Shown here one piece after another: positions 1 through 12,712 of a stretch of DNA of 64,000 nt. The notes under the pieces are model-generated. The model did not search any database. It was not told where the DNA came from and saw only the letters and a list, made by a program, of their open reading frames with translations. The stretch lies in assembly GCA_000004985.1 (NCBI GenBank), contig GG738898.1, one strand, 5' to 3'. The stretch is from Naegleria gruberi. Taxonomy: Eukaryota. The translations under genes and the position numbers were made by a program. Every line of letters begins with the position of its first letter. Position 1 is the stretch's first letter.

Positions 1-259
1 CAGGAAACAAATGACGAATACTATCAACATGTTACCATAGATGTAACTTTCGAATAAAAAGTCACTGTAATTGAATTGTAAAGGCAATTGCATTTTTGTT
101 GTTGATTGGTATGTTCAATTTATCAGCCCATCAGACAGTCAAACGTCACTTTTAATATTTATCAAATCAACAAGAAAAAAAATCCAAGAGACAATCTCTT
201 TGTGAATACTCCCCACAAACACATACTCTAAAACGCAATAGTTAAAAAACTATTCCAAA

Positions 260-1372
260 ATGTCCAGTCAACTCTTCTCTGAATGGTCAGCCATCGCTGA
301 CGCCATTGCTGATGTCAGATCCGATCAAACACCAACTAATTGGATGGTTTGTGGTTATGTTGATGGAGCTGTCAAGGTTTTGGAACTTAAAGCCAAAGGT
401 GAAGGTGGTGTTGATGAAATGAAAGAACAATTCAAAGCAACCAATGCCTATTATGGTTTGGCTCGTATTGAAGAAATGATTGATTCCTCATTGACCATTA
501 AATTTGCCTTTGTTAAATTTGTTGGTGATGATTTAAAGCCACTCCTTCGTGCTGGTATTACACCTCAAGTTGGTGATATTACTACCAAATTCAAGCCATA
601 TCACGTTGATATGTACATTACCTCACAAGATGAAATTTCACAACATGTTATTGAAGAATTGGTTGGTAAGGCATCAATGAGTCGTTCCAATGTTATGGAA
701 AAACACGAAGGTGAAAAGATTCAAAGAGATAATGAAGAAAGACAACGTAGATTGGATTCCCACGTCAAGTTACAACAACAATCATCATCTTCATCAACAG
801 TTGGTACAAGCTCACCAACTACAAGCACTGCCACATCATCCCCTGTTCGTTCTGCCTCCACTACAACTAGACCAGTGAGTAGCAGTCCAAGACCAAGTAC
901 TCCTCTCTCAAGTGGTGGAGGTGTTTCTGGTGGTGTTGAATTTGATAATATTGATTCCATTCAAGAAGCAATTAGATCTGTCAGAAATGATGGAGATGCT
1001 ACCAATTGGATGTCTATTACTTATGCACCAAATTCAAAGACTAAACTTACCTTGTTAGGAAAGGGTGAAGGTGGTGTTGATGAAATGAAGGATTCTTGGG
1101 GACCAACTGGTGTCTATTTCGGATTGGTTCGTGTCACTGAAATTATTGATGATTCTGAAACTGTTAAATTCGTCTTTGTTCACATGTTGGGTGATAATGT
1201 TCATCCAATGTTGAAGGGACGTGTCTCCACTCACAAGGGTCAAGTTGAAGCTTTATTACAACCTTATCACACTACCTTTTTCACAACCAATAAGGATGAA
1301 ATCTCACAAGAAGAACTCTCCATCTTGGTTGCTAAGGCATCTCAATCCTACAAGTGGGAAATTAAAAAGTAA
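260..1372 (+). CDS. Actin-binding protein with two tandem ADF-H (coactosin/drebrin/ABP1-like) domains joined by a Ser/Thr-rich linker
   Basis: 370 aa ORF from ATG at 260 to TAA at 1372. Each half matches the ADF-H pattern (NW..CGYVDG...KGEGG..E....YGL.R......KF.FV...GD......PYH), which is closer to coactosin/drebrin than to cofilin. Two copies of the fold sit in one ORF. Confidence 0.7.
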   Translation: MSSQLFSEWSAIADAIADVRSDQTPTNWMVCGYVDGAVKVLELKAKGEGGVDEMKEQFKATNAYYGLARIEEMIDSSLTIKFAFVKFVGDDLKPLLRAGITPQVGDITTKFKPYHVDMYITSQDEISQHVIEELVGKASMSRSNVMEKHEGEKIQRDNEERQRRLDSHVKLQQQSSSSSTVGTSSPTTSTATSSPVRSASTTTRPVSSSPRPSTPLSSGGGVSGGVEFDNIDSIQEAIRSVRNDGDATNWMSITYAPNSKTKLTLLGKGEGGVDEMKDSWGPTGVYFGLVRVTEIIDDSETVKFVFVHMLGDNVHPMLKGRVSTHKGQVEALLQPYHTTFFTTNKDEISQEELSILVAKASQSYKWEIKK

Positions 1373-1991
1373 ACATCATCTCAATATGTGTTTTATTATT
1401 TTAACTCTCAATATTACATTCTGTCCTCTTTCCTTAATTCTAATTATTGGAGTTGCTTTCATAGTTCTAATTATTGAAGTAGAGTTAGTTGAACATTATT
1501 ATGAACTGTCACAGTCTCCTTTCCATACTCTTCATTCATTCGAACACCAAAACACTCCAAACCCTTATTGAACCACCTCCAGCTGTACCACATATATCTT
1601 ATAGGCCAACGGAATGATAACCGAACACATCCATTAAAGAATTTATTCAAAATGGATTGCTCAAATAAGTTGCCGCACAATCGTAAATGACAATCTCGCC
1701 TCTCCAAAACTGTCGTCATAATATACAATATTCCCTGTAGAAAAAAATTAGATTCTCTCTGACTATCTCCTCAGTTTTTTACTGCATCATCATCACCCAC
1801 AACAGTAGCGTTGAGATTTGTTTGGGGAGTGTATATAATACAAGTAATAGATTGCAATATTAAATTTTATATATAGTGGAAAATAGCAGAGACGATATTA
1901 TTTTAATAGGCTGCAACACGAAAACTTCTCTATTTGTAGATAATACGAGTTGTTATAAAAACTATAATCGGAAGCTTGTCTTTTAAGAAAA

Positions 1992-4892
1992 TTGGATCAC
2001 AAGATGAGTGTAAGCTTTCAACATCCTATATCCTCAACAGTTTCGGAATCCAAAGAAGATGAAATCTCTTCGGTTTGGTTTGATTCGAAAAAAGCATCAC
2101 TACCAACATCTAAATCATCGTTTTATTTGGTGCCAGAGGGAGACGATACAACCACTGCACCACCACCAACAAGACAAAGAGCATCAAGCACAGCTAACAT
2201 GTCCTTCATGGACCGAATATTTCATTACTTTAATAGAGAAGACGACAATTTTGAATATAGAAAGAATTCGATGGGAATGAGACTTAAATTTGTTTATTTA
2301 TTCTACTTTTTAATGGTTGGAAGTTTGGGATTTATATATATTGATGGAGTTACTCAAACTAGATTTGTATTTTATGTATTGATAGGAGCAGAGTTCATCC
2401 TTAATTCGCTGGTGATTAGGAATATCGAAAGGAATATACCAATGGCTAAGAAAGAGGCCCTGAATATGTTCATGACACTCTTTTCGTGTGCTAATAGAAT
2501 TGTACTTCAGGTGAGTATTTTTGATTATATTCGAAGAGTTTGATCATGATGGTAATAATTTCAGATTTATTACGGCCCTAATTTTCCTCTTTGGGGAATT
2601 AATACCTACCTTATAGTTATTACATCTAACTCGCTATACTTTAAAAAGTGGTCTACATTATTTAACTGTTTACTCATTTTGGCAACCACTCAATGCTCAC
2701 TATACTTTTCTTATCTGTTGATGGAATTTAGAGCAGATACTGGAGAAATATTTGGAAATGGACTTGAACGAATGGCACCAGTGTTGAATGGATTTGCATG
2801 TTTGAATTCTAGAAAATTCATCAAAATGACTGAAATTTGTGTTATGCAAATTATTGTAACAGCGAGTGGATTTATGTTTTCAGATGTATCTGAAAAGCAG
2901 TATGAAAAGATCTTCCGACAACAAATGGAAATTATGAAAGAAAAGGTTTTGAATGCCTCCAAGACAAAGTTTATTGGTAATCTCTCACATGAAGTGAGAA
3001 ATCCTTTACATGGTGTGGTAAGTAGTCTTTAAGAATTTTACAATAATTGGATTTCATTGATCAATGTATATTTCTAACAGGTTGGATCCATTCAAATATT
3101 AAAACATGAAGCTGAAAGATTAAACAGATTCACAGAATCCTCACTAAGAAAATCAAGCTCATTCAAAATGAGAAGACGAAAGAATTCCCTTCCCAGTTCA
3201 ATTCTCACTTCCTCTGAATGCCTTGAAGATTTATCAATAGACCATAGTATTGATGCGAATACAATAATTGCATCCAATCAAAGCTCTGTAGAATTAATTG
3301 ATGATATTTACAATAACTCCATACTGCTTTTAAACATATTTTCTAGATCATTACAACTAAGCAATTTAGAACTGGGTCAAGTCAAGTTGAATTTCCAAAA
3401 CTTTGACATGCTTGAATTGTTGGAAACAATGACTTCAGTATTTTACACATTGGCTTACGATAAGGGGATTTCTATTCAATCATTTTTTGATTTTGAAAAA
3501 GTGCCATTATTATTTAGAGGAGATCAGGTTAAGATTTCTCAAGTTTTGATGAACATCATTTCAAACAGTATCAAGTACACAAAGAAGGGATATGTTATGA
3601 TTACATGCGATCTTTGCAAAGATACTGATTTTGCCAAGTTTGGTTTAGATGAAAAAGCTCTAAAATCCATTCGAGATAATCTCACACTAGGAAACGAAGA
3701 GGAGGAAGTTGTCTTTCTCAAGATTAATTGTAACGATACTGGTCTTGGAATTTCACTCAATTCAATGAAAACTCTGTTCAAACCCTTCAGGACTATTGAA
3801 AACTCCTCACCAAGCTTTGAACAATACTACTCCAAGTATGAAAACCAAAAGGAAATTGCCAACTCTAGCTTTTCAGATCGTAACGGATTGGGGTTATCTA
3901 TTTGCAAGAGATTTTGTGATGTTATGCACGGGAAAATTGGCGTAGAAAGTGAAGTTGGAAATGGAACAAACATCTCAATCCTTTTACCTCTTGTGAAATG
4001 TTCTGAGAAAATTGAGACAGACTTTTCCAAAAAATCTGTTCATGACCAACTACTAACCTTGAAGAATATGAACATTCCAACTGTTTCCATCTATATTGTC
4101 GACTCGAACATTTGCTTGAGAAGAGTATTGACAGATTATCTTCGTTACATTTTTGAGGATTCTCCAATCTATGAATATGATAACTCTCAAAGTATTGATA
4201 TTAGCAATACTGATGTAAACAAGTTGCTAATTACCATTTACTCTGATGAGATGAATGATTCAATTCAAAAACAATTCGAATCATACCAATCTAGAACAAT
4301 ATTTATTCCTCTTTCTAACAGAGGTTTCTCTAAAAGAACAACTAACCTTAGGTACCTAACAAGACCGCTAAGAATTGGAGATTTGTTGAGTCTTTTAATT
4401 GATAACATGATAATCATGTTAGGAAAATTAGAAAATTCACATTCTTTACACTTTATTGAAAATGAAAAAGTTGAGGCGTTACCTCAAGAAATAACTGAGA
4501 TATCTTCGCCATCCAATAACTCAAATTATGCTCTAGTAGTTGACGACAATGAAATTAACAGGAAAGTTCTTCAAAAAATGTTGAAAATGGTTGGATTTGA
4601 TGAAATTGATGTGGCAGAGAATGGCCTTGTTGCATTTGAAAAGTTTAAGGAGAATCCAACCAAGTACAGAATAATATTTATGGATCTTTTAATGCCATTC
4701 GTATCTGGTAAAGAGTCTTGCGAACTCATTAGAAATCATACTACAAAATCTAACACTCTAATTGTTGCTGTCACAGCCAATATTTGGGAAACTAAGGAAA
4801 TGCTTTGTCAAGCAGGGTTTGATAGTGTGATATACAAGCCAATACTTTTAAATAATTTGCAAAAGGAGCTTACGAATTTGGGGTTACTATAA
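1992..4892 (+). CDS. Membrane-bound hybrid sensor histidine kinase (HisKA + HATPase_c + C-terminal receiver domain), multi-exon
   Basis: Exon 1 is about 1992..2510 (N-terminal region with TM helices). A GTGAGT...TTTCAG intron follows at about 2511..2564. Exon 2 is about 2565..3016 and ends in the H-box FIGNLSHEVRNPLHGV. A GTAAGT...AACAG intron follows at about 3017..3078. The rest runs to 4892 and carries HATPase_c motifs (NDTGLGI, GLGLSICKRFCDVMHGKIGVESEVGNGT) and a receiver domain (ALVVDDNEINRKVL...IIFMDLLMP). A further frame discontinuity lies near 3100-3170. Confidence 0.85.
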
Positions 4893-4908
4893 TTTACTGT
4901 TATTTTTA

Positions 4909-7786
4909 CTATTTGAAAATTATTGCATAACCATCAAACTCTTTTCCAATAACAGACCTTTCAAGTCTTAGAGCTACCTCTAATTCTCCTTTACTGATGA
5001 CCTCATCACAAACAGTAACATGGCCACATTCAAGGAAGGAAATCAGATCTCTTTTTGTCAACATTTGTAACTGTGGAAAGACAACTTTAATTTTTCTAGC
5101 AAACCTTCTACCAAGAGAAGCCATATTTGGAATTGCAACAAGATTTACATCCTCATTCTTGTTGGTTATTTCAATCTCTCTACAATTGATTTGATCCTTT
5201 AGATTAGTTGAGATAGTTCGTAATTTCCCTACCAGACTTTCATCTAAAACAAATATTACACATTTCGAAATTGAGGTAACTTTTGAAATGTTGAACATTT
5301 TTCTAACTAGTGAAGAATTGTTGGTAATGTCATAAAATAAACTAATAATTTCGTCCAAATCCAAATCTATTACGCTTTCAAAGTGTAATTTGCTTTGTAA
5401 ATGTATTGAACCTTTTGTTCCTTTATCCAATAGTTTAAAGAGATACTCTGCTAGAAACGGCGTAAGCGGTGCCATCAAGTGAATCAGAATATTCAAATTC
5501 TTAAGAAGAATTGTTAGCAATGATAATCTATCTTCTTTTGAAATATTGGTTGATAAATATTTCTTCTTTTGAATAAAAAAATAAACCAAATCCTGTTCAT
5601 ATTCAAGTATTCTCTTCACGATATCAGAAACTTTGAGTAGAGAGAAGTTTTCCTCAACAAATTTGTAGAATTTCCTCTGGATGTAATAAATCTGTCAAAA
5701 ATGTCGCTTGTTTGTTGATCATTTTCCATTACTTCTCCCAACTCTATTGAATTTGTTTCAATACAATCAGCCAACTTGTGTGCGATTTTGTAAAGTGGTA
5801 AAATATTCTTACTAAACACTGCAGCGATTCCAGCATCTGTGACATTCAAAACCCCTCCACAAACTGCTTCAGATGATAGTAAATAAAGTCTGAGAGCATC
5901 CGAACCATAACAACTTAAATCTTCAGGAAATGAAAAGTGCTTGTTTTTGTGTTTACAATCTTGCACAAGTCCAGTGACAAGAGCAGCCTCTAATGGTTGT
6001 TTTTGATCTAATGCAGCTCCAATAACTTGCATGGCATGAAGCCATCCGTTACTTTGATTCATTCCCTCAGTAGCTAGATTACCAGTCAACCTTTTTTCAG
6101 ATTGAATATCAGCAAATGGAAACATCCAGATTCAAACCAGCCGTCAAACACATAGGGTACTCTTTTGAGAATTACATGTTCTCTTGTTGGACTTGGGATT
6201 GTCAAGTGGTCTATGAACTCTCTGTGAATATTTTCAAGTCCGCTTTTACCAGTCAATTTCTCCAATTCTTCTATGGATTCCACCACAATAATTTCTTCAC
6301 CATCTTCACTCATCCAAATTGGCAGAGGTGTTCCCCAATATCTTGATTTGGATATGAGCCAGAACTCGTATTGATTATTTGAAAATCTGTTAGCTATATT
6401 CTCAGGAAACCATTTCACATTTTTACAATTTTCCAAATACTTTGTATTGATAGATTTCATATCAAGGAACCATCCTTCAACTGCTTTGTAAATGAGAGTT
6501 CTCCCTGATATCCAACATGAATTTTGATAACTAGTTCTTTTCTCCTTTTTCAGTAACATTGACCTCAATGTGAGGTTTTTAACCAGTTGATTTGAAAGAT
6601 GATCTACATATTTTCCTTCAAACTCTGAGCCCTTCAATAGACACTTCCCGGTTTCATCTATTGGACAAGGTAATTCAGAACTCTCAACAAATCTCAATTC
6701 ATTACAAATATTGTAATCCTGGAGTGAAAGTCCAGGTGCAAGATGAATAATTCCAGTTCCTGTCTCGGTAACAGGATCACTACTTGGTATAATTCTAAAA
6801 GATCCTTCATTGTTCGAGTAATATTCAAAAGCTGGCACATATGTTAAACCCACCAATTCATGTCCTTTGAACGTGTCAACAATCTTCTCCTCTTTGAAAT
6901 GCTTCTCATAATATGATCTAGAAAGAATATATTCTTTTCCTGTTATTATTTTTACATAGTCTTTTTCTGGATTTACACAGAGAGCAACATTTGCAAGTAG
7001 TTTCCAACACGGATTCATACATGATGTCATTAAAAATGTTCCTTTGAATTTTTCCTTATCAGAAATAAGTTCAATTGAGATTGTAATTTCAAGTGAATCA
7101 ACGTTCAAATGGTTTTTCGCTTCAATATCTGACAGTGGGCTGGCACATCCAATACTGAATGGTAATAATTTTACATCCTTGTAAATGAGCTTATTATCCC
7201 ATAACTCTTTAAAAATCTTCCAAACATTTTCCATGTATTTTGGTTGACTTGTAGAGCAAGTATTTGAAAAATCAAGCCATCTTCCCATTCTGCTCAATCC
7301 ATTCTTCCACTCATCCATATGCTCAATTGAAATCTTTTCACATTCCTCATTATATTTTGCAATCCCAAGCTCTTCAATTTCAGAATAGGACCAAGCCAAT
7401 TTACCTCTTTTCTTTTCAAATTCATATTCGATCGGCAATCCATGACAATCCATCACAAATCTGCAATCCAATCCATATCCAAACTGAAAAGCAAATCTTG
7501 AAATCATATCTTTGATGGTTGTATTCAACAAATGTCCACAATGAGGTTTCTTTGATCAAATTCATCATCACACAAAATACTAATTATTAAATTCACCTAC
7601 CCCTGAAGCAAATGGAGGCTTTTCAAGCAATGAAAATTGATCATTTCTGCTCTGAGCCTCCCTTATCCATAAATCATCAATTTTGTGTTCCTTCCAATAT
7701 TGCATAATTTCTTTCTCCACCAATACTATTGATTTTTCTCCGATTATCAGAGGTTGAGTATTCTTTGTATTGTTGCTGTTGATCAT
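4909..7786 (-). CDS. Isoleucyl-tRNA synthetase (class I, cytoplasmic type), multi-exon with frame breaks
   Basis: N-terminal exon is 7580..7786 (FSLLEKPPFASGV). An intron follows at about 7532..7579. The main body is 6086..7531, with HGLPIE, WKNG, YWGTPLPIW and the HCGHLLNTTIKD = HxGH motif. C-terminal parts are 5616..6125 and 4909..5619 (anticodon-binding region). The frames do not join at about 6100 and about 5650, consistent with 1-nt indels or tiny introns. Confidence 0.85.
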
Positions 7787-7962
7787 TTTTTTTGTGTTTG
7801 GTTTACAAAATCATTTCTTTCCAGTTCAATGTTCCAGTACTTGAATAGATAAATATCAATAAAAATTTTGGTCATTATGCACAAGAATTTTAACAATTTA
7901 GTTGGGAACTTTAAATTCATTTAAAGTTGTTGAAAGTTTACTAAAAAAAACATTTAAAAAAA

Positions 7963-8661
7963 ATGAAAAGAAAACTCTCGGAAACTATGTTAGGCAAATT
8001 TTTGATCGATGAAAATTGTCACCAAAAAATACAAGACGATTGTTTCATAGCTCCACACTTGAAGAAAATTAAGAATGCTACTGTTGTTGAGGATGAGGAG
8101 GATATGATGGATGATTCTTTGAGTTTTGATCAATCACGAATGCAGAAAATGATTAACCTATCGAATGTTACTACAGAGACAGCTTGTGTTGTGCATGGAA
8201 ATTGTGTAAATTTACCAAGTCAATCGAGTTTAATGTCCCTTTTTGAGAATCCTAGCAAGTATTTGCTTTTAGTGTTTCATTCACAAAATTTCACGCCATT
8301 TTCGTCCAGATTGTTACTAGTACTGAATCAGTCATTGGAAAGGTTTAGACAATTGAGTGCTGAGATGGTATCTGTGAGCTCTGACTCTCATTATTCACAT
8401 ATGATTTGGAGCAAGTTGCCAATTTCAGATATGAATGGGTTAGGTCATCAGAATCATATTCCTCTAATTTCTGATTTGAACCATGATATTTGCAAGAGAT
8501 TTTTAGGGAAATTCTCGAATGAGCCATGTATTTTCCTTATTGATATTATTGCAAACCATTGTTGTAAATTCGATTTGGCTCCTATTCAGATATCAAATAA
8601 TTTAGACATTATTCCCGATGCAATTTCACATATTGAAAATTTCATAAGAAATTTGAACTAA
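7963..8661 (+). CDS. Peroxiredoxin-fold (thioredoxin-like) protein with N-terminal extension; peroxidatic Cys replaced
   Basis: 232 aa. The C-terminal 150 aa align to typical 2-Cys peroxiredoxins (YLLLVFHSQNFTPFSSRL vs YVVLFFYPLDFTFVCPTE; SVSSDSHYSHMIWSK vs GVSVDSHFSHLAW; IPLISD, IFLID). The Cp position reads S, and no resolving-Cys VCPAGW motif is present. Confidence 0.5.
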   Translation: MKRKLSETMLGKFLIDENCHQKIQDDCFIAPHLKKIKNATVVEDEEDMMDDSLSFDQSRMQKMINLSNVTTETACVVHGNCVNLPSQSSLMSLFENPSKYLLLVFHSQNFTPFSSRLLLVLNQSLERFRQLSAEMVSVSSDSHYSHMIWSKLPISDMNGLGHQNHIPLISDLNHDICKRFLGKFSNEPCIFLIDIIANHCCKFDLAPIQISNNLDIIPDAISHIENFIRNLN

Positions 8662-9794
8662 TTCTCCTCATCTAGAAATAGTGCAATAGTACAAACATCA
8701 ATATCAATTTTCTTTTCAAATCCCAACTTGGAATACAAGTTACAACCACTCTCAGATGCATGTAATATGACATGATCATATCCCCTCAACTTGGCCAATT
8801 CCATCAATGTAACAACAATCATGGTGGCATAACCTCTTCCTCTAAATTGATCTCTTGTGGCAATACTGTAGATGGCCGCACAATTCGAATTCTCCTTGTA
8901 ATCTTTACTCTCCAACTCATTTCCATAAAGAATCATACCAGCTGAGGCAATTTCATTATTTTCCAAAATAATTACATAATCTGACAGAGGTTTACCACCA
9001 GCTCTCTCCAATTGAACTTGTCTATAGTAAATATTAAAGAGATGCTTTCTAAGAGAGGGATTCATTCGATTTCCTGATGCAAATTCAACTGTAATCTCAA
9101 AATATTTACAAAAATCCTCAAAATTGTCAGTGGCTGTTTTAAGAATAATTGTCTTGTCTTTTAGTTGATCCTCTGAGGTTAGAGAGCTATTATGTAAACT
9201 TTCACAATTCAATCGACAGAATACTCTCGTATCGAATTTTCTCATTGTATCCAATTTCCATTGATGTTTCGTCTTCATGGTATTCAACTGTGTGTTGAAG
9301 AATTCAGTGCTCGGAGCTGATGTTTTCCATATCATGCCACTCTCCTTGCTTTGGTGAGTGGTTGGAAATTTGGTTTTTAATCTGTTGACCAAGCTATTGT
9401 TGAGTTGATGAGGAAGGAAGAGACAAACAATGTAGTGCTGGGCAATCTTTTCAATTAAACTTTCCTTTTCAAAGATGAAGTGATTATTCAGCTCTTCTTT
9501 GTCAACGTTATTTGGAGAAGAGGTAGTATTGTCATTGTGAGGAACAGTAAATTGTGGCAATGTTGAATAGGCGTAGAAGAATAATTGTGCAATATCGTGA
9601 TGAGTGCTTTCCGCAGATGGATTGTCTACAGTGGAAGGAACAGCACATGTTTCCGAGCCTGAATACACATGATTAACAATACTATCACCAAATCTCCTTT
9701 TAAATATTTCGTTATAATCCCAAATGGCCTTGATGATTAATTGTTGCTCATCTTGTTGCTTATCACTCGACATTTTTCTTCTTGATGTTTTCAA
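8658..9794 (-). CDS. GNAT-family N-acetyltransferase domain protein (C-terminal GNAT, long N-terminal region)
   Basis: 378 aa ORF. The C-terminus has acetyl-CoA-binding motif A (RGRGYATMIV...LAKLRGYDHVILHASESGCNLYSKLGFEK). Confidence 0.5.
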   Translation of the reverse strand: MKTSRRKMSSDKQQDEQQLIIKAIWDYNEIFKRRFGDSIVNHVYSGSETCAVPSTVDNPSAESTHHDIAQLFFYAYSTLPQFTVPHNDNTTSSPNNVDKEELNNHFIFEKESLIEKIAQHYIVCLFLPHQLNNSLVNRLKTKFPTTHQSKESGMIWKTSAPSTEFFNTQLNTMKTKHQWKLDTMRKFDTRVFCRLNCESLHNSSLTSEDQLKDKTIILKTATDNFEDFCKYFEITVEFASGNRMNPSLRKHLFNIYYRQVQLERAGGKPLSDYVIILENNEIASAGMILYGNELESKDYKENSNCAAIYSIATRDQFRGRGYATMIVVTLMELAKLRGYDHVILHASESGCNLYSKLGFEKKIDIDVCTIALFLDEEN

Positions 9795-9911
9795 AAAGCA
9801 GAATGAATAACAAACCTCGAATAATTAATTAAATTAGTTTATTCAGTTGCTAGCAGCATTAAAGATAAGAGTTGAATTTTAAGTTTTTTCGATATATTTA
9901 TTTTAGAGGGT

Positions 9912-10397
<486 letters not shown>

Positions 10398-10898
10398 TCA
10401 ACAAATTTTTAATAATTTTATTCTGGAGGTGGTTGATAAGCACAACAAGGAGACTTTACAATGAAAACTTTTGGAAGGGGCATTTTTACTGCAGCAGGAT
10501 ATTTTAAGAAGCTTTGGGATCGCCTCTTCAACTCTCGGCTCCACTGACTGTATTATTTGGATTTGATACAAGTGGCTAGAGAGAAATTAACCACCACAAT
10601 GAATGAAACCAATTAATTGTCATTGAGCAACATTGGCTGTTTGAAATTGAATTCAATTTCATGATGGAGTATCAAACCACTTTTATACATTTCAAACTGT
10701 TTCACATTATGATTGAACCAACAATAACCAACACCAATTATTAATTACTCCAACCAATTACAACATTCTCAATATCACATTCATAATTCCAATCTACTCC
10801 AATTCTCTTCCCCATTGGTTCTAATAGCAGCCTTCCTTAAACGATGTTGAGGAGGGAAAGGAGGATGAACATTAAAACTTCCTGCAACCAATCAAAAA

Positions 10899-12683
10899 AT
10901 GCAAAACGATCAAGGACTCCATGCAACATTCTCTTCAGTCGATGAGAACAAGATAAAGATTTGTTTTGTTATGATTGATGGTATTGGAGAGGTTAATATT
11001 GAAGAGTTGGGAAAGAAGACTGCATTGCAAAGTGCTCAAACTCCGAACATGGATCGTTTGGCAGGTAAGAGGATTATTAAATCATCAATTTATTGATTAT
11101 TTAAATTATAATAATAATAATAACATTGCTTGGATGGTTAATCATATTAATTTATAATGTTGATAACTAATTATTGGATTAATAATTATTTGGAAATTAA
11201 TTGAAATTATTATTCGGAAAAAGCTTGTGGTGTAAATGGCTTGATGGATCCTGTTCAACCTGGATTGGCTTGTGGTAGTGATACTGCGCACATGAGTATC
11301 TTTGGTTATGATCCGAGATTGTAAGTTGATTTAACCTTCGAATAGTAGTTTGTTAAATAGTTATTATTGTTATTATTTGACAATATAATTTGTTAATATA
11401 TTTACATCATTACGGACAACAATATCTACTCTGAATTTTGAATTACATTGAACGTAATCCATCTGAATATTATTATTATCCAATTCTATACTCATGAACA
11501 ATAATTTATTATTAATTATTTCTTATTTTCCAATTCAATACTGTCATGTTATTATTTATATTATTATAATAGACACTATAAGGGAAGAGGAAGTTTTGAA
11601 ACTATCGGAGCAGGTCTTGACATGTCTCCAGGTGATATTGCATTCAAGAGTAATTTTGCAACATGGAATTCAAAAACCAATATTGTTGAATTGAGAAGAG
11701 CAGATAGACATTTTGAAGAGATGGGACCAATTCTCTGTGACTATCTTCAACAACAATGTGAAGAGAAGGGGTTCAATGCCAAACATAATTGTACAGTCTC
11801 TATAAAATATGCAACAGAACACAGATGTGGAGTTAAGGTGAGCGGAAAGAATTTGAGTGGTGACATTACTGGAACTGATCCACTTGTGGATGATTTGGAA
11901 CTTGTAAAATGTGAACCTGTTAAGGGACTCAAAGGAGAGGAATTGGAAAAAGCTAAAAGAACAAGTGATCTCGTCAATGATCTTTCACACTTTATCTATG
12001 AACAACTCTCTAAACATGAAATTAACAAACAGAGAAAACAAGAAGGAAAGAATGAAGCCAATATAGTCTTATTGAGAGGTTGTGGTGTTTGTATAGATGT
12101 ACCACCATTCTCAGAGAGACATCCAGGATTGAGAGGTATGTTGGTTGCTCCAACTGCTATCATTGCTGGTCTGGGCAAGAGTGTTGGTATGGAATTGAAA
12201 AAAGTCGAAGGTGCAAGTGGAGATTATCGTACCAATTTAACCAAGAAGGGTAAAGGATTTTTGGAACATTTGGTGAATGGTGATGAATTTAATTTTGGTT
12301 TCTGTCATATTAAGGCAGTTGATGATACTGGTCATGATGGAAATTTTGTTTTAAAGAAGGAATTTATTGAAAAATCAGATCAAATGATTGGTATGCTTAT
12401 GGATGAATTTGAAAAGAGAAAACAACGAGTAGTATTTGTCATTACTGGAGATCACTCTACACCTTGCTATTACAAGGATCATAGTTATGAACCAGTTCCA
12501 TTAATTATTTCTGGCAATTATCTCAACTTGGAACAATATCCAGAGTTGACTGACTCAACAAAATCATTCGATGAAGTCTTTTCTCAAGGCTCCTTAGGCA
12601 GATTCACAGGAGCTCAAGTTTTTGACATTATTCGAAATTATGTCAATGTGACAACTGCTAACAAGAATTATTTCAAATTTTAA
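10899..12683 (+). CDS. Archaeal-type 2,3-bisphosphoglycerate-independent phosphoglycerate mutase (ApgM-like metalloenzyme), three exons
   Basis: Exons are about 10899..11064, 11224..11320 and 11573..12683, joined by GTAAGA/GTAAGT...AG introns. Motifs match ApgM: [42 protein letters not shown]...[27 protein letters not shown] and SLGRFTG. Confidence 0.8.
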
Positions 12684-12712
12684 ACGAGTATTTCATTCTA
12701 ACAATAAATTAT

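Noticed and set aside
2679-3170. Exact exon-intron boundaries of the histidine kinase between 3017 and 3170
   Set aside because: My manual base counting disagrees by 1 nt with the ORF-track coordinates in this stretch. There is either an extra short intron or an indel. I therefore give only approximate boundaries and do not assert a precise gene model.
11494-11694. ORF 11494..11694 and other short ORFs inside the iPGM introns
   Set aside because: They sit within AT-rich introns (poly-AAT runs) and are not coding.
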